The notes under the pieces were generated by a model that saw nothing but the letters and a program-made list of their open reading frames with translations, was not told the origin of the DNA and searched no databases. DNA of 63,156 nt, counting the filler, from Olpidium bornovanus S191 (taxonomy: Eukaryota > Fungi > Olpidiomycota): assembly GCA_017911155.1 (NCBI GenBank). It is 27 parts of 27 records of this genome, joined end to end, with 100 filler letters (N's around TTAATTAATTAA, not from the genome) between each part and the next. Parts side by side here need not be neighbours in the genome. Positions count along the whole stretch, not along the records: positions 49,984 to 55,910 come from JAEFCI010009182.1; positions 56,011 to 60,891 come from JAEFCI010004163.1; positions 60,992 to 62,055 come from JAEFCI010002625.1; 24 more parts are not named here. The stretch is one strand, 5' to 3'. The number at the start of each line of letters is the position of its first letter. The first letter of the stretch is position 1. Positions 50,123 to 61,885 of the stretch are shown here, piece by piece. Made by a program: the position numbers and the translations under genes.

Positions 50123-50920
50123 CGAGTGGCGCGAATCCGAGATTCAAGCGAGGTGCTTTTTTTTCCTCGGTGAGTTTTACAAGGCAAACCGAACGGTCAA
50201 CAGAGATATCGCGCGGGCCCCGACCGCCCTTTACCCGCCAACCTCCCGGGTTTTATCAACAAAAAGGCGGACGCGGGTGGAAAAGCGCGCGGCATCTCCC
50301 GCGGTCCGCACGGTTGCCGGCAAACCGTGACGCGAGAGGGAAAAGCTGGGGGGAAAAAAGAAAAAAAGAAAAAAAGAAAAAAGAAAAAAGAAATGCTTCC
50401 AACGAGACGCCCGTCGACCGCGCCCTCGAGTTTGTCGACTGCGCCGGCAGTCTGCTGTTGCCGGGGACTGAACCGATGGTCCGGTGTCTGGGTGATGGAA
50501 TCGTTGTGCTCTTCCCCACCGTACCCCGTTCTGCGACTGCTCTATCCTCGCAGTTTGACGCCAATGCCGCAAGGCTCATAACCGCGGTGCGCTCGCCGAG
50601 GACTGCGTCGTCGTAACCGGGAACTGGCTTCGGGAAACCTCATCGCTGTTCCCCAAGGAAGTCGTCCTTGTTGGGGCCATTCTTCAGCAAATCCCGATTA
50701 AGTTCTGGCGAAAAAAAATGATAATCGGGATTTGTGCCGTCGTTTTCAGCGCCGCACGTAGGTTGAGTCGAGTTACAACGCCTGTAACAAGGCCGGAGCT
50801 CCTGTCGAGCCGAGTAAAAGCACCGTCCCGGGAGCGTGAGCGAATGGCGCGGCGGCGAGCCGGCTGAGCCCAGGGGCGAGGCGTCAAAAAGAGTGACAGA
50901 AGGAAGTCGGAACCACAGAC

Positions 50921-51528
50921 CGGGCCGATTATCGTTCCTTGCCATCTGAACAAATTGGACTCGCTGACGGGCCCCACGCTGACGTTGGGCGGCGGGTCCT
51001 TGTTGAGCTCGGCGAGTTCCTGCCTCAACCGAACGGAAAAGCGCGGGAGGGGTGGGGGGAAGAAAGAGGACGGGACGGTGGGGTTTGAACATCCAGGTGA
51101 CCCCGGCGCCCGTGTCAACAGTGAGAGACCCGCGCGACCGACGGACGGTCCCAAGCGGTGCGGACTCGACTCGCGGAGAATGCGTTGTGCGACCCGTCGA
51201 ATAGGGAGAAGTGCAAACAAGAAGAAAAGCCAAGCATTGGTGGGAACACCGAAGCGTGCGAGGTGCGACGGGAAGATCGGGCAGATCGTGCGGTACGCGA
51301 ACCGCTTGAAAAGGAGCCCCGCGGCCGGAAAAGGGATGCGCGCGCCCGGCGCGCGCCCGAAACCTTCGTTTCTCCCCTCGGCGCGCTTGGGAGCGCCCCG
51401 CGATCAGACCCGTCCCCTCTTTACGGGCAACCCTGTTCGCCCCTCCCCCCCCCTTCCCCTTTCCACCCTCTCTCTTTCTCTTTCCCTCCCACGCGCCTGC
51501 CCACTTTCTGAATGCGCCGCAGTGCCAT
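50921..51528 (-). CDS. Ubc4/UBE2D-like E2 N-terminal exons (51528-51505, 51019-50921); the rest of the E2 fold was not found
   Basis: MALRRIQK|ELAELNKDPPPNVSVGPVSESNLFRWQGTIIGP. No PYxGGxF or HPN...C motif is seen downstream before the dTMP kinase gene. Confidence 0.7.
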
Positions 51529-52148
51529 TGCCGGGCGTTTGGTGAGTTCTCTCACGAGCCCCTGGCAGGTGGGCAGGGCGGAGTTGCAGGAAGTGGGTGA
51601 TGGAGGAGAGGAGAAAGAAAAAGGGTGGGAGGTTCCGTCGTCGTCGTCGGCCCTCATTTTTTTTCCCTTTCCTCTCTGTTCGCGGGGGACCGGCCGTGGG
51701 CGGCGGAGAGTCCCCCCGCCTGCCCGCACGCCTGCACGCCCGCCGGCGGGAAAAGAAAGGCGGGAGAATCCGTTTTCTGCCCAAGCAAACAAACGCACGC
51801 CCCGCCTATTTTGCACGTTCCAAGAAGCGTGCGCGCGCGGCAGGGCCCGGTGCGCAGAGAGTTCGAATTGTTGCCAACGAAGAGTGAGGGCCGCGCGGAC
51901 CCCGGCAAGCGCGAAGGCGGGCGGGGTGCTGCTGGAACAGGGGGGACGGGCCACCGCCATTTTTTTTTGCAACCCCGTTTTATCCCACCGGCGGCAAACT
52001 CCGCCTTGTTTGAAACGTGGGTACTGCCCGGCCAGCAAGCGGTGGTTACACGCCGCTCAGCGGAAGGAAGGGTCGAAAGCACCGAAACGGCGATTGCACG
52101 CCGCTCGGAGGAAGAAAAAGTTGAAGGCGCCGTTGGTCAGCAAAATTT

Positions 52149-52341
52149 GGGCTCATAACCTATCAAAGGTTCAAAAGCTCCGAATTGTGTTTTGTTTTGT
52201 ACTAACTATTTGTTATTCTGGTGCCGACGCGGGTAAAAATATAGTGGGAGATCACGTGACTATCTCGTGGGCGATGATGGCGGAGCTGCCAGTGAAGCCG
52301 AGCTCGTGGATGTCATCGAGTTGTCTGCAATGCTGTAGACA
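52149..52341 (-). mobile_element. Copia-type LTR (52341-52161, about 181 bp) followed by a perfect half-tRNA-iMet PBS (52160-52149)
   Basis: TGTCTAC...TTTGATA (CA end mutated to TA), then GGTTATGAGCCC. Confidence 0.65.
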
Positions 52342-53421
52342 TAATTTAAATACGTGGCTTGGCTTGGTACTCCGCGATCACGTCTTGAGCGTTCTCTAGG
52401 TTTTCTTCGTATTCCCAGGTAGCTTCTTGTTTAATTTGAATTTTGCGTTTTGCGCCCGCCGTAGAGCGTTATATTGTACGTTGGATTTACGCGTTATGAG
52501 GGAAAAACATTGTGGGGTTTCGTTCGACCGGAGGTAGAAAAGGAAGATAGAAAGGCAGAACTAAAACAGTTTAACACTTCTGACGCGTCGTATACAAGCC
52601 ATAGCACAAGGTACTGCCTCTTTCCTAGGCACCGCCGAGTGGTGAGGATCTTGTCCACTTCGTACTCGCCGTTGACGACTGGTCCCGGCCTTGTGACTTG
52701 ACATCCCGCGTCTCTCGATATTCCCTCAGTTGGGAAATACGAAAGACGGGGTGAATCCGCATGCCTTCTGGCAGAGCGAGCTGATAGTTATCCTTGGTGT
52801 TCTCGGCGTGAGTGATTATTTAGGGCCCAATATAGGGGGTCCTATATTTGGCGGCGAGACGATCATCATGAGCTATCACGTCGGAAAAGTTAGAGAAGTA
52901 CTTGATCTCCGACCGCGAATTTTATTTCTCGGCGGCGATAATTGTATGCGACGGCTTTCGCGTTCGGCGCCTTCTGGAGGGACGCGCGTGCCTCTTGGAG
53001 TACTTGGGGTAGGTACTCGAGCGTCATACCTTGCCGCATGCCGTCTATGCCGTGCAGGTCGGTCCCATATGCCAGCATATGAGGTGACTGACCTGTGGTC
53101 GTGTGAGGCGTCGAATTATGTAGGAACTAGAGTATTGGCAAGGCGGCGAGCCAATCCTTCCTGGTAAATCCGATATGGCCCACTACCATCATCTTGATAA
53201 TGCCAATAGCTCGCTCGACTTGCCCATCCATGTGTTGGTGACGTGCCGTGGCAAGCTGCTGCTCTATGTCGAGGTCCTCACCCAAGGCTCGCCAGAAATC
53301 GGAAGTCCAGACCGCGCCACGGTCTGAGACTATACGACCGGGTAGTCCCTGGTAGCGGACGACGGCCTTTAGGAATCGCTTGGCGATATCTCGGGCGGTA
53401 TCGTCTTTCTGCGCAGGGATG

Positions 53422-54286
53422 TGGAAAGGTCCTTGGGAAGGTCCATGGTGTCGCAGCGGAGACGGCGCGGCAGGTAGCCGAGGGCGGCGGAGATGGCGCG
53501 GCGGGCGGCTGGAAGCGGCGTAGGCGGCGCGGCAGGTGGCCGAGGGCGGCGGAGATGGCGCGCAGGGCGACTGGACGCGGCGCAGGCGGCGCGGCAGGCG
53601 GATGGAGGCGGCGCAACGGCGCGGCGGGCGGCCGAAGGCGGCGGAAGCGGCGCGGCGAGCGGATGCAGGCGGCGCAGACAGCGCGGCAGGCAGCCGAAGG
53701 CGGCGGAGACGGCGCGGCGAGCGGAGGCAGGCGGCGCAGAGGGCGCGGCGGGCGGCCGAACGCGGCGGATGCGGCGCGGCGAGCGGATGCAGGTGGCGCA
53801 GACGGCGCGGCAGGCGGCCGAAGGCGGCGGAAGCGGCGCGGCGAGCGGATGCAGGCGGCGCAGATGGCGCGGCCGGCGGCCGACGCGGCGGAAGCGGCGC
53901 AGCGAGCGGATGCAGGCGGCGCAGACGGCGCGGCGGAGAGCTTTTGTTGTGGTGTTCGGGTGAGGGCGAAGCGCGAATTCGCCTGTGGGCGCACTCCCCA
54001 AAGGGGTTTCTATCCCCCCCCCGGGGAAGCAGTCCAGCCCACCGGGGCGGGCGCTTTGATGGGCGCATCGATGGCGCATCGATGGCGCATCAAAGCGAAG
54101 TCGGTACGGGTGATACGGGCGCTACGGAGAGCGCGTCGATTGTCACCAGCTGGTCCATCAAAGAGCACTTCGACGGGCTCTTCGAGGAAAAGCGTTTAAG
54201 GTACAGTGTCGAGACAATGGATGTCAAGACGACAGGCAGTACTCTCTCATACGTTTGACCTTCTCTACGCAGCGCATCCCCCACCA
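53422..54286 (+). mobile_element. 865-bp solo-LTR-like insertion, TGGAAAGG...CCCCACCA, with 4-bp TSD GATG
   Basis: GATG at 53418-53421 and 54287-54290. Removing it rejoins the integrase (DRLTKLLLLI|PAQKDDTA). Internal GC-rich tandem array. Confidence 0.88.
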
Positions 54287-54819
54287 GATGAGCAGGAGAA
54301 GCTTAGTGAGCCTGTCTATTATGAGCAGTATGTTGTCACACCCTTGAGACGGGTAGGGCGTCTCGAATGCGTCCATAACAAGGTCTGTAAACTTCTGGCA
54401 CAGGCAGCGGATGTAGCATGCCTGGCTGACGGCCTTCCTTCTTGTACCTCTGGCAGGTATCGCATGACGCGCACCACGCACGGCAGTCCTTGGCAAGACT
54501 AGGCCAGAAGTACTTCTTGGATAGGGAGCCCGTCGGACGTGCTGCACCGGGAATGTTCGTTCCATGAGCGTTGGCGAGGAGCTTTTGCCGCAGCTCACAG
54601 TCTGGTATGTAGAGACGTTCTTGATGGTATATCAGGCCGTCCTCCTCCTCGATATTCCGAGTTCTTCAAGAAGTCAGCGCGTCTTGCACATGCTGACGAG
54701 TGAATCTTGTGTACTCGTCTCCTTCCATATGCTGCTGGACATAGTCGCATATATCGATGAGCTCGAGTACTCCGGATACTCGCTCGCACTTGGCAATAGG
54801 AATCTTGGCGCGACATCTA

Positions 54820-55549
54820 TGGTGGGGGACACGAAGGTTAGACGTAGAGGTAGTGCTGCCTGTCGTCTCGACACCCGTTGTCTCGACACCGTATCTTAAA
54901 CGCTTTTCCTCAAAGAGCCCGTTGAAGTGCTCTTTGACAGATCGGCTGGTGACAACCGACGCGCTCCCCGTAGCGCCCATATCACCCGTACCAACTTCGC
55001 TTTGATGCGCCCATTGAAGCGCCCGCCCCGGTGGGCTGGACGGCTTCCCCCCCCCGCCCCCGGGGAAGTGCGCCCACAGGCGAATTCGCGCTTCGCCCTC
55101 ACCCGAACACCACAACAAACGCTTTCCGCCTTCGGCCGCCCACCGCGCCATCTGCGCCGCTTCCGGCCGCTTCCCGCCGCCTTCGGCCACCCGCCGCGCC
55201 ATCTGCGCCGTCTCCGGCCGCTCCCCGCCGCCTTCGGCCGCCCGCCGCGCCGCCTCCGCCGCCTTCGGCCGCCCGCCGCGCCGCCTCCGCCGCCTTCGGC
55301 CGCCCGCCGCGCCGCCTCCGCCGCCTTCGGCAGCCCGCCGCGCCATCGGCGCCACCTCCGGCCGCTCCCCGCCGCCTTCGGCCACCTGCTGCGCCGCCTG
55401 CGCCGCCTCCAGCCGCTCGCCGCGCCATCTCCGCCGCCCTCGGCCATCTGCCGCGCCGCCTGGGCCGCCTCCAGCCGCCCGCCGCGCCATCTCCGCCGCC
55501 CTCGGCCGCCTGCCGCGCCGTCTCCGCCACGACACCATGGGCCTTTCCA
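54820..55549 (-). mobile_element. 730-bp second copy of the same solo-LTR-like family, inverted, with 4-bp TSD TCTA
   Basis: TCTA at 54816-54819 and 55550-55553. Removing it restores the frame RRPDYAPNCPR|CRAKIPIAKC. It is homologous to 53422-54286 along its whole length with a shorter array. Confidence 0.88.
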
Positions 55550-56368
55550 TCTAGGACAGTTCGGCGCATAGTCGGGTCTTCTGGACAGGATATCCGCGAC
55601 CAGGTTGGTTTTGCTTGGCGTGTACTCAATCGTCATATGAGTTCCTGTAGGCGCTCTACCCAGCCCGCCTGGCATTTCGATAAGCGGGTTTGGGTTTGGA
55701 GCCATTGGAGGGCGCGATGGTCCGAGTAATCATTTAATATTGGTTAATATCTAATTAGTAATGCTTTGGCTGAATGCTATAAGCTATTTAATAGGTATCC
55801 ACCAATGCGAAGGCCGAGCTATCGTAGTGTATGATGGTCTGGATCTCCGGCCGGTAATAGTGGAGGACAGGTGAGGATAGCAGTGCCTGTTTAAGGGCTT
55901 CCAACATGTCNNNNNNNNNNNNNNNNNNNNNNNNNNNNNNNNNNNNNNNNNNNNTTAATTAATTAANNNNNNNNNNNNNNNNNNNNNNNNNNNNNNNNNN
56001 NNNNNNNNNNCGGGGTGGGGGGGGGGGGGGGGCGCGGGGGCGGGGGGGGGGGGGGGGGGGGGGGGGGGGCGGGGTGTTCTCGTTTGGCGGGAATGGGCGT
56101 CCTTTTGCCCGTGAGTTGTGCGTAGGGCGGGTGTTGGGTTGGTGGCCGTCACGGGGGAGCCGGCGTGTGCGCGTTTTTGAAGGCTCGGGCGGACGGTGTG
56201 GCGTGACCCGGAGACGAACGAAAAACTCGCCTGCGCCGGGCCCGGACCGCTTTCCGGAGCCGGCAGCCCGTCGCTCCTCCGAGCGCGCGCCCGGGGTCGA
56301 GCTCCGCAGTTGCCGTTTATTCCTCCCGTCTCCCGTTGACGGCTCGCGTTCCCGACCGCTGCGCCCCA

Positions 56369-59107
56369 ATGGCCGGTCCTCTCGGCGGCGTCAAGCCCCC
56401 GGACGGCGGGAGCGTCGGCGTCAAGCGTGGCGTTGCCGGGGGCCGCTCCCTCGCGCCCCAGGACGCCGTCAGAGGCGCGCCGGTTCCCTCGCCGGCCGCG
56501 CCGACCGCCCTTGCGGGCGGCGGCCCGTGGAGCTCCGGGCAGCAGCTCGACCGGCAGTCCGGCGAGGACCTGTGGGGCTCCATCCTCAAGACCGTCTCCA
56601 CGAGCAGGGCGATCCCCACGAAGAACGTGGTCGTGCTCGGCGATCCCAACACGGGGAAGTCCACCCTCGTCGCGCACCTCGCGGACGCCTCGGCGGCCGC
56701 GCGGGTGACAAACGAGGCTGCCGGAGAGGAGGCAGCCGACGCCGCGGCGGTCGGAAAGAAGGCCCGGAAGCAATCGACCGCCGACCCGCGCGTATTCGGG
56801 GAGAACAGCGAGCTCGCGCTGTCGTACAGCTACGCGGACGTGCGTGACGAAGACAACGAAGGTAAAATCTCGGGCCGCGCGTGGCTTTCTCCTCTCCTTC
56901 CCACTCCAACACGAAGGCAAAAAAAGAAAAAAACCAAAAAAAGGAGCAAAAGGCCAGACGTTGACACTCCGCGACTCACGCCAGATCGTTACGCGGATCG
57001 CGTTTTCGGCATTTAGATCTGCTCGCGCACCTCGGCATATTTCAGCTCGGCGCGTCGGAACCGGTCTACCGTTCCCTGTTGTCGTTCGCCATCAATGCGG
57101 ACACTCTTCCGGACTCGCTTGTGGTCATAACGCTGGATTGGACCCGGCCCTGGCGGTTTGTCGAAACGCTGCAGCGCTGGTTGAGCGTGTTTGAAGAGTC
57201 CGTTCTTCATGTGGAACACGAAGGCGGCGGCCGCGCAGATGGCAAGTGGAGCAGGGGAAAAGTTGTCGTCGACGATCTCCGTGAGAAATGTACGTAGTTG
57301 CTGGGTGTGGGGGGGGGGGGGGGGAGGGGTGCACGCAATGCCGTGGGGGACTGTTTGTCACTAGGCCCGTCGCATCGCGCTGCGCCCCTACCATGTCCTG
57401 GTTATAAGAACCGCCGGCGCGCTTGCTGAACGGGCTACGTATGCGGATGGATTTGAAAAGTGGCGCGGTACCTCCAGGAGTACACGGAGCCGGCGGAGAG
57501 CATTAGTGCTGACAATAGGCCGCCAGAATCTGCTGGCAACCGCGGCTCTAAAACCGTCATGCTGCCGTTAGAGGAAGGGATCTTGACAAAGAACTTTGGG
57601 GTCCCGTTGGTCGTGGTTTGTTGTAAGGTATTTTTTCCCCTCAAAGAAACACCGAATTTCCGTCGCGTGTTTCAAAAATTTGTACCCTGAGAGCTCGTTT
57701 TCGCGTTTTGCGGTAGAGTGATGTCTTGCACACAATGGGCAATTCTCTGAAGGAGGAGCAGTTGGACTTCATCCAGCAGATTTTACGTGCAGTCTGCCTG
57801 CAATGTATGGTGTCACTTAACGTGCATATGCCAAACTTTTTGACAAGCTTGGTGCATTTAGCTTACAAACGACTCGTCGTACTTGTTTGCACCGAGTGCA
57901 GACGGCGCTGCCTTATTCTATACATCACAACAGCGCCCGGAAAGTTTCTCGAGATTGCGGGAATACATACTCCATCGCCTTTTGAGTATTCATCCAGACT
58001 CCAGAGCACTATCCACGATTGACGTCACCACCGCAGATTCGAACGTGCCAAGCGGTGGGTTAAACTCACCGAAGCGAGAAGCCTTCGCCTTCTCTCAACG
58101 CGCTCAAATTATCGAGAAGGATATGGTGCTTGTTCCTGCTGGATGGGACAGCAGAGGCAAGATTCTACTTCTCGCGGAAGGATTCAGCTTCGAACCCGCA
58201 CAGGAAGGCGGCCAGGTCTTGGTGAACGTGTTTGCGGAAGTCGTTAAGGATTCGTACGCGAACCACGCGGTAAGGAGGGTTCCAGCCGCCGGTTCCCGAG
58301 TCGAGCCTGCGTGATTCTTGTTTGACTGTCCGTTCCTTGGCCCCACAGACCTCGTTGCACACCCCGCACGTCACTGTGGAAGACGAACAGGCGTTCCTCG
58401 AACGGCATTTCGACTTTGCCAGTAGAGGTGATCATTCACACCGGCGAAACAATCCTGGCGCGTTGAAGGCCCGGAAAGACAACACCGCGCCGTTGGGGAG
58501 CACGGGCTCCACACAGGCAGGTGCTGTTGATATACAAGATGACGTCCTGGCGAGGCTTTCCCGTTATAGCAAAAGCGCGAAGGTGGGCCGAGCAATCGGC
58601 GACCCACATTTTGGGATGGGAGCCATTTATACTGTTGGGCGCTGTTGGACTCACGGAACTTTCCTCGACCAGGGCACCTCGACAACTCTCCCTCAGTCGT
58701 CCACGATCTCTGCCGCCGGACAACCCGGCGGCTTCTCCGGCTCCGCCACGAGTATTACCGCTTCGGCCGACGCCGCCAAGGACTCTGCCGTTTCGGCATC
58801 TTCCTCATCCTCCGCCACCAATAACGACGTTCTGGCGTCATTTTTCCAGAGCCTGCTCAACAAAAACTCGACCGGAACCGCGTCCCAGGTGTCTTCCTCC
58901 GGTGCAAACAGCCCCCGTCACGGCACGAGCTCGATCGCGTCCGGTTCCGCCGCCAGGTCCACTTCCAGCGTCGGGGCCGGCGGTGGTCCTTTGAGCAGCG
59001 CCGGCGAGGACGGAGGAAAGTCTGCCGGATCTAGATTGTCACCCGACTCAAGAAGGCAGAGCGTCGCGGCGGAACTGAGTCGGATGAAGGCTGCGGCGAA
59101 GAAATAG
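56369..59107 (+). CDS. DYNC1LI: Cytoplasmic dynein-1 light intermediate chain (multi-exon)
   Basis: EDLWGSIL...KNVVVLGDPNTGKSTL, ALSYSYADVRDED, LVVITLDWTRPW, KNFGVPLVVVCCK|SD, LDFIQQILRAVCL.YGAALFYTS, LVPAGWDSRGKI and the C-terminal VLASFFQSLLNK helix. Confidence 0.93.
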
Positions 59108-60067
59108 AATAGCCGTGATTGCAAGAGGGGGGAAAAAATTGCTGCCCACGACAGGTGCTTTTTTTCTTCCTATTTGCCTGCCTCATGCGCTGTTTTTATG
59201 GACGGTGGACGATGCAAAATGGGGGTGTCTCTCCTTTTTTTACAACGGTAACCGCAGGGCAAGCGTTTTATACGCAGATTCGGCGATACAGCGAACGTAT
59301 GCACCAACCACTGACCAATTTGGGTTCAACGGTCAACACCACTCGCCACATCCCGTTTACCGCCGCGCGACATGACCGTTCAGACTGACGCATTCCGATT
59401 TTCGAGCGGCGGTTCCCGTATGCTCAGGCACTTTTTGCTTTCGACGATTGCCACCAGCCATGCGCGTTTTGCCGATTGTGCCCTTGCTGCAAAGCAAATG
59501 AACCCCCCCCCCCCCCCCCCCTCCAGCAGCAAGCAGCCCGCGCCCAGCCAGATGGAAACTCGGCGAGAGATCGTGTCCCTCTGACAATCATTTGGTCGAG
59601 AAGGTGCGGGGCAAAGCGAAGGGCATGCAAGCTGTGCTCACCTGAGCGGGAGTTGCAACGACAAGGATTGCGGCTGGGAGCGCAATGAACAAGAAGAAGA
59701 AGAAGAAAAAAAAATGCGAGCCAAACTCCGCACGCTGCACGCGGCAGCTTCACGGCAACGCAGCCGAATTTCGGAACGCAAGACGGCCGGGCTCGAGGGA
59801 GGAGGATTGTATAGGCGCGGCCACAAAGCTGTCTTTTTTCCCAGAGTTTCGTTTGGCAGCGGAACCCACATCAAAATAATTTTTTTTTTTTGTTTGGGGC
59901 GGGGTGGAGGGGGAACCGCAAAATGATACGCTCGGGAGACGTCTTTACCCAAATACACGCCCGGGCGCGTTTTTGAAGTCTAAAACATCCCCCCGCCGCT
60001 AATTGCTGTGCCGAAATCGATCAGCGCCGCGCCGGTTATATCAATCATGCCCGCGCCGTGCTTGTGC

Positions 60068-60103
<36 letters not shown>

Positions 60104-60991
60104 CGGCCAAACCCCCCCGGATGAGGCCTGCGCGGCGCAAACCCGGCCCGGCCGCAGCAGGTCGGAAATTTTTCGAAAAAAACCCCCGCATCTGCTCCCG
60201 TTTAAAATCTTCTGTTGTGACTTCTTCAACCGGCGTAACAAAAAACGTTTCCTCTTGGGAATTACCCGCACAGTCCGGATCAAAATTGCACTCATTTCAC
60301 AAACCGTCGAAAAAAGAAGTGACAGTCGCCGGAAAAATTTCCCGTGTTATATAATAAACACTGCGACCCACGCACCGCCCCCCGGGGGCCCTGTAGCTCA
60401 GAACCCGGACCCAAAACCCCCGTAACCGGGGGAGGGGGCGGAGACTGCGCGGCGCGGATGCGCCGAGGCGAGATAAGAAAAAGCAGGGGAGGGCTTCCTG
60501 TCTCTTTGAGTCCACCCCGCGGGGAGGCAGCGCCCGCTGCGGCTACCTTTGGCCTGTTCCACGCGGGGATTATTCCCCTGGACCCTTTTGTTGTCGGGCC
60601 CCCCCCCCCCCCCCCCCCATTTTTTTTTTTTTTTTTTGTGGTGTCGGATCCGGCAAATTGCCCTCCCCCCACTTCGGCCTCTGCCTGTTGAGGTGGTTCA
60701 TCAGAATTCAATTGATTTACGTATATATCAATGTTCCGCTTTTTTTTCTTTTCACCCTCGGCCCTGCCTTCCGCTTCTCCGCTTCTCTCCCGAACCTCCT
60801 TCGGATAATAAATAAAGGCGCTCAGTCTTCCTTCAAGACTTTGTCACCCTCCCCCCATTCTTTCATCCTTCCGACCTTTCACCCGGACCAANNNNNNNNN
60901 NNNNNNNNNNNNNNNNNNNNNNNNNNNNNNNNNNNTTAATTAATTAANNNNNNNNNNNNNNNNNNNNNNNNNNNNNNNNNNNNNNNNNNNN

Positions 60992-61026
<35 letters not shown>

Positions 61027-61047
61027 GCCCCCCCGCCCCTCCCCCCG

Positions 61048-61082
<35 letters not shown>

Positions 61083-61504
61083 CGCGTGGGGTTTCGGGTT
61101 GTTTTTCCCGGGGAGGGTGTGTGTGTGGGGGCGCGCGCGCGCGGGAGCGGCGGAGGCGGCGGGGCAGAGGAGGCGGCGGGGCGGAGGAGGGAGGAGAGGC
61201 CCCGCAAACGGGGCGCGCGAGAGACGGCTGAGCCTTCTCTTCCTCTTCCCCCCCCCCTTTCCCTCCCCTCCCTCCCCTCCTTCCCCGGTTGACGGCAAAA
61301 ACCCTCTTGGCCCCCGCGCACCACCCCCCGCACCCTTGTAACGAGGACGCGGTGTGTCCACGCAGGCTCGCCTCAGACACCCCACCCTCCACCGCGGAAC
61401 TTGGGCCGCCCGAAATTTCTCAATTCCCTGCAAGCCTCAATGGGCGGCTGAGCCACGATGGCGGCAGCGAAAAAAAAAAAAAGGCTCCGGCACCCTTCCA
61501 GCTC

Positions 61505-61885
61505 ATCCACGCAGAATTTGCAGATTTGTAGAATTCACGGATTCGCAGGATTCGCGTACTCGCAGTATTTCGTTCGCATGGTTCGCAGATACGTGACATT
61601 CGCCGATCCACGGCATTCTCGCAGATTCGTAGCATTCGCGGGAATTCGAAGATTGAGATTTGGAGGGAGAGGGGCGGCGGAGCCGGAGCCGCAGCCGGAA
61701 TCTCACGGGATTCGCAGATTCAGACGCGCGGACAACGAGCAGGGGGACGCCGGAACTGGAGCTGGAGACGGAACACGCAGATTCGCGGGATTCACAAAAG
61801 GTTTGCGGGATTTACAGGTTCGCAGATTTCGCGTGATTTGGAGATTGGCAGACTCGTTTTGGCAGATTCAGATATGCGGGATTCG
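61505..61885 (+). repeat. Degenerate GCAGATTC/GGATTC array with roughly 9-10 bp spacing
   Basis: The same core motif as the array at 17020-17240. Confidence 0.75.

Larger units (their letters stand above)
52570..55740 (-). mobile_element. Degenerate Ty3/gypsy chromovirus pol (RNase H end, integrase, chromodomain) interrupted by two insertions
   Basis: IEYTPSKTNLVADILSRRPDY; ELRQKLLANAH...KYFWPSL...CASCDTCQRYK; MDAFETPYPSQGCDNILLIIDRLTK; GLPGRIVSDRG...DGQVER; FAVGDQVL; EYEVDKIL...KRQYLVLW. Confidence 0.92.

Noticed and set aside
50573-50583. GGTTATGAGCC on the minus strand, resembling a half-iMet PBS
   Set aside because: It is not preceded by an LTR-like CA end and has no retroelement context, so it may be chance.
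53460-55530. CRISPR-like array, or long Arg/Ala/Gly-rich ORFs
   Set aside because: There are no unique spacers between identical repeats and the context is eukaryotic. The ORFs in several frames are by-products of a stop-poor GC tandem array inside solo LTRs.
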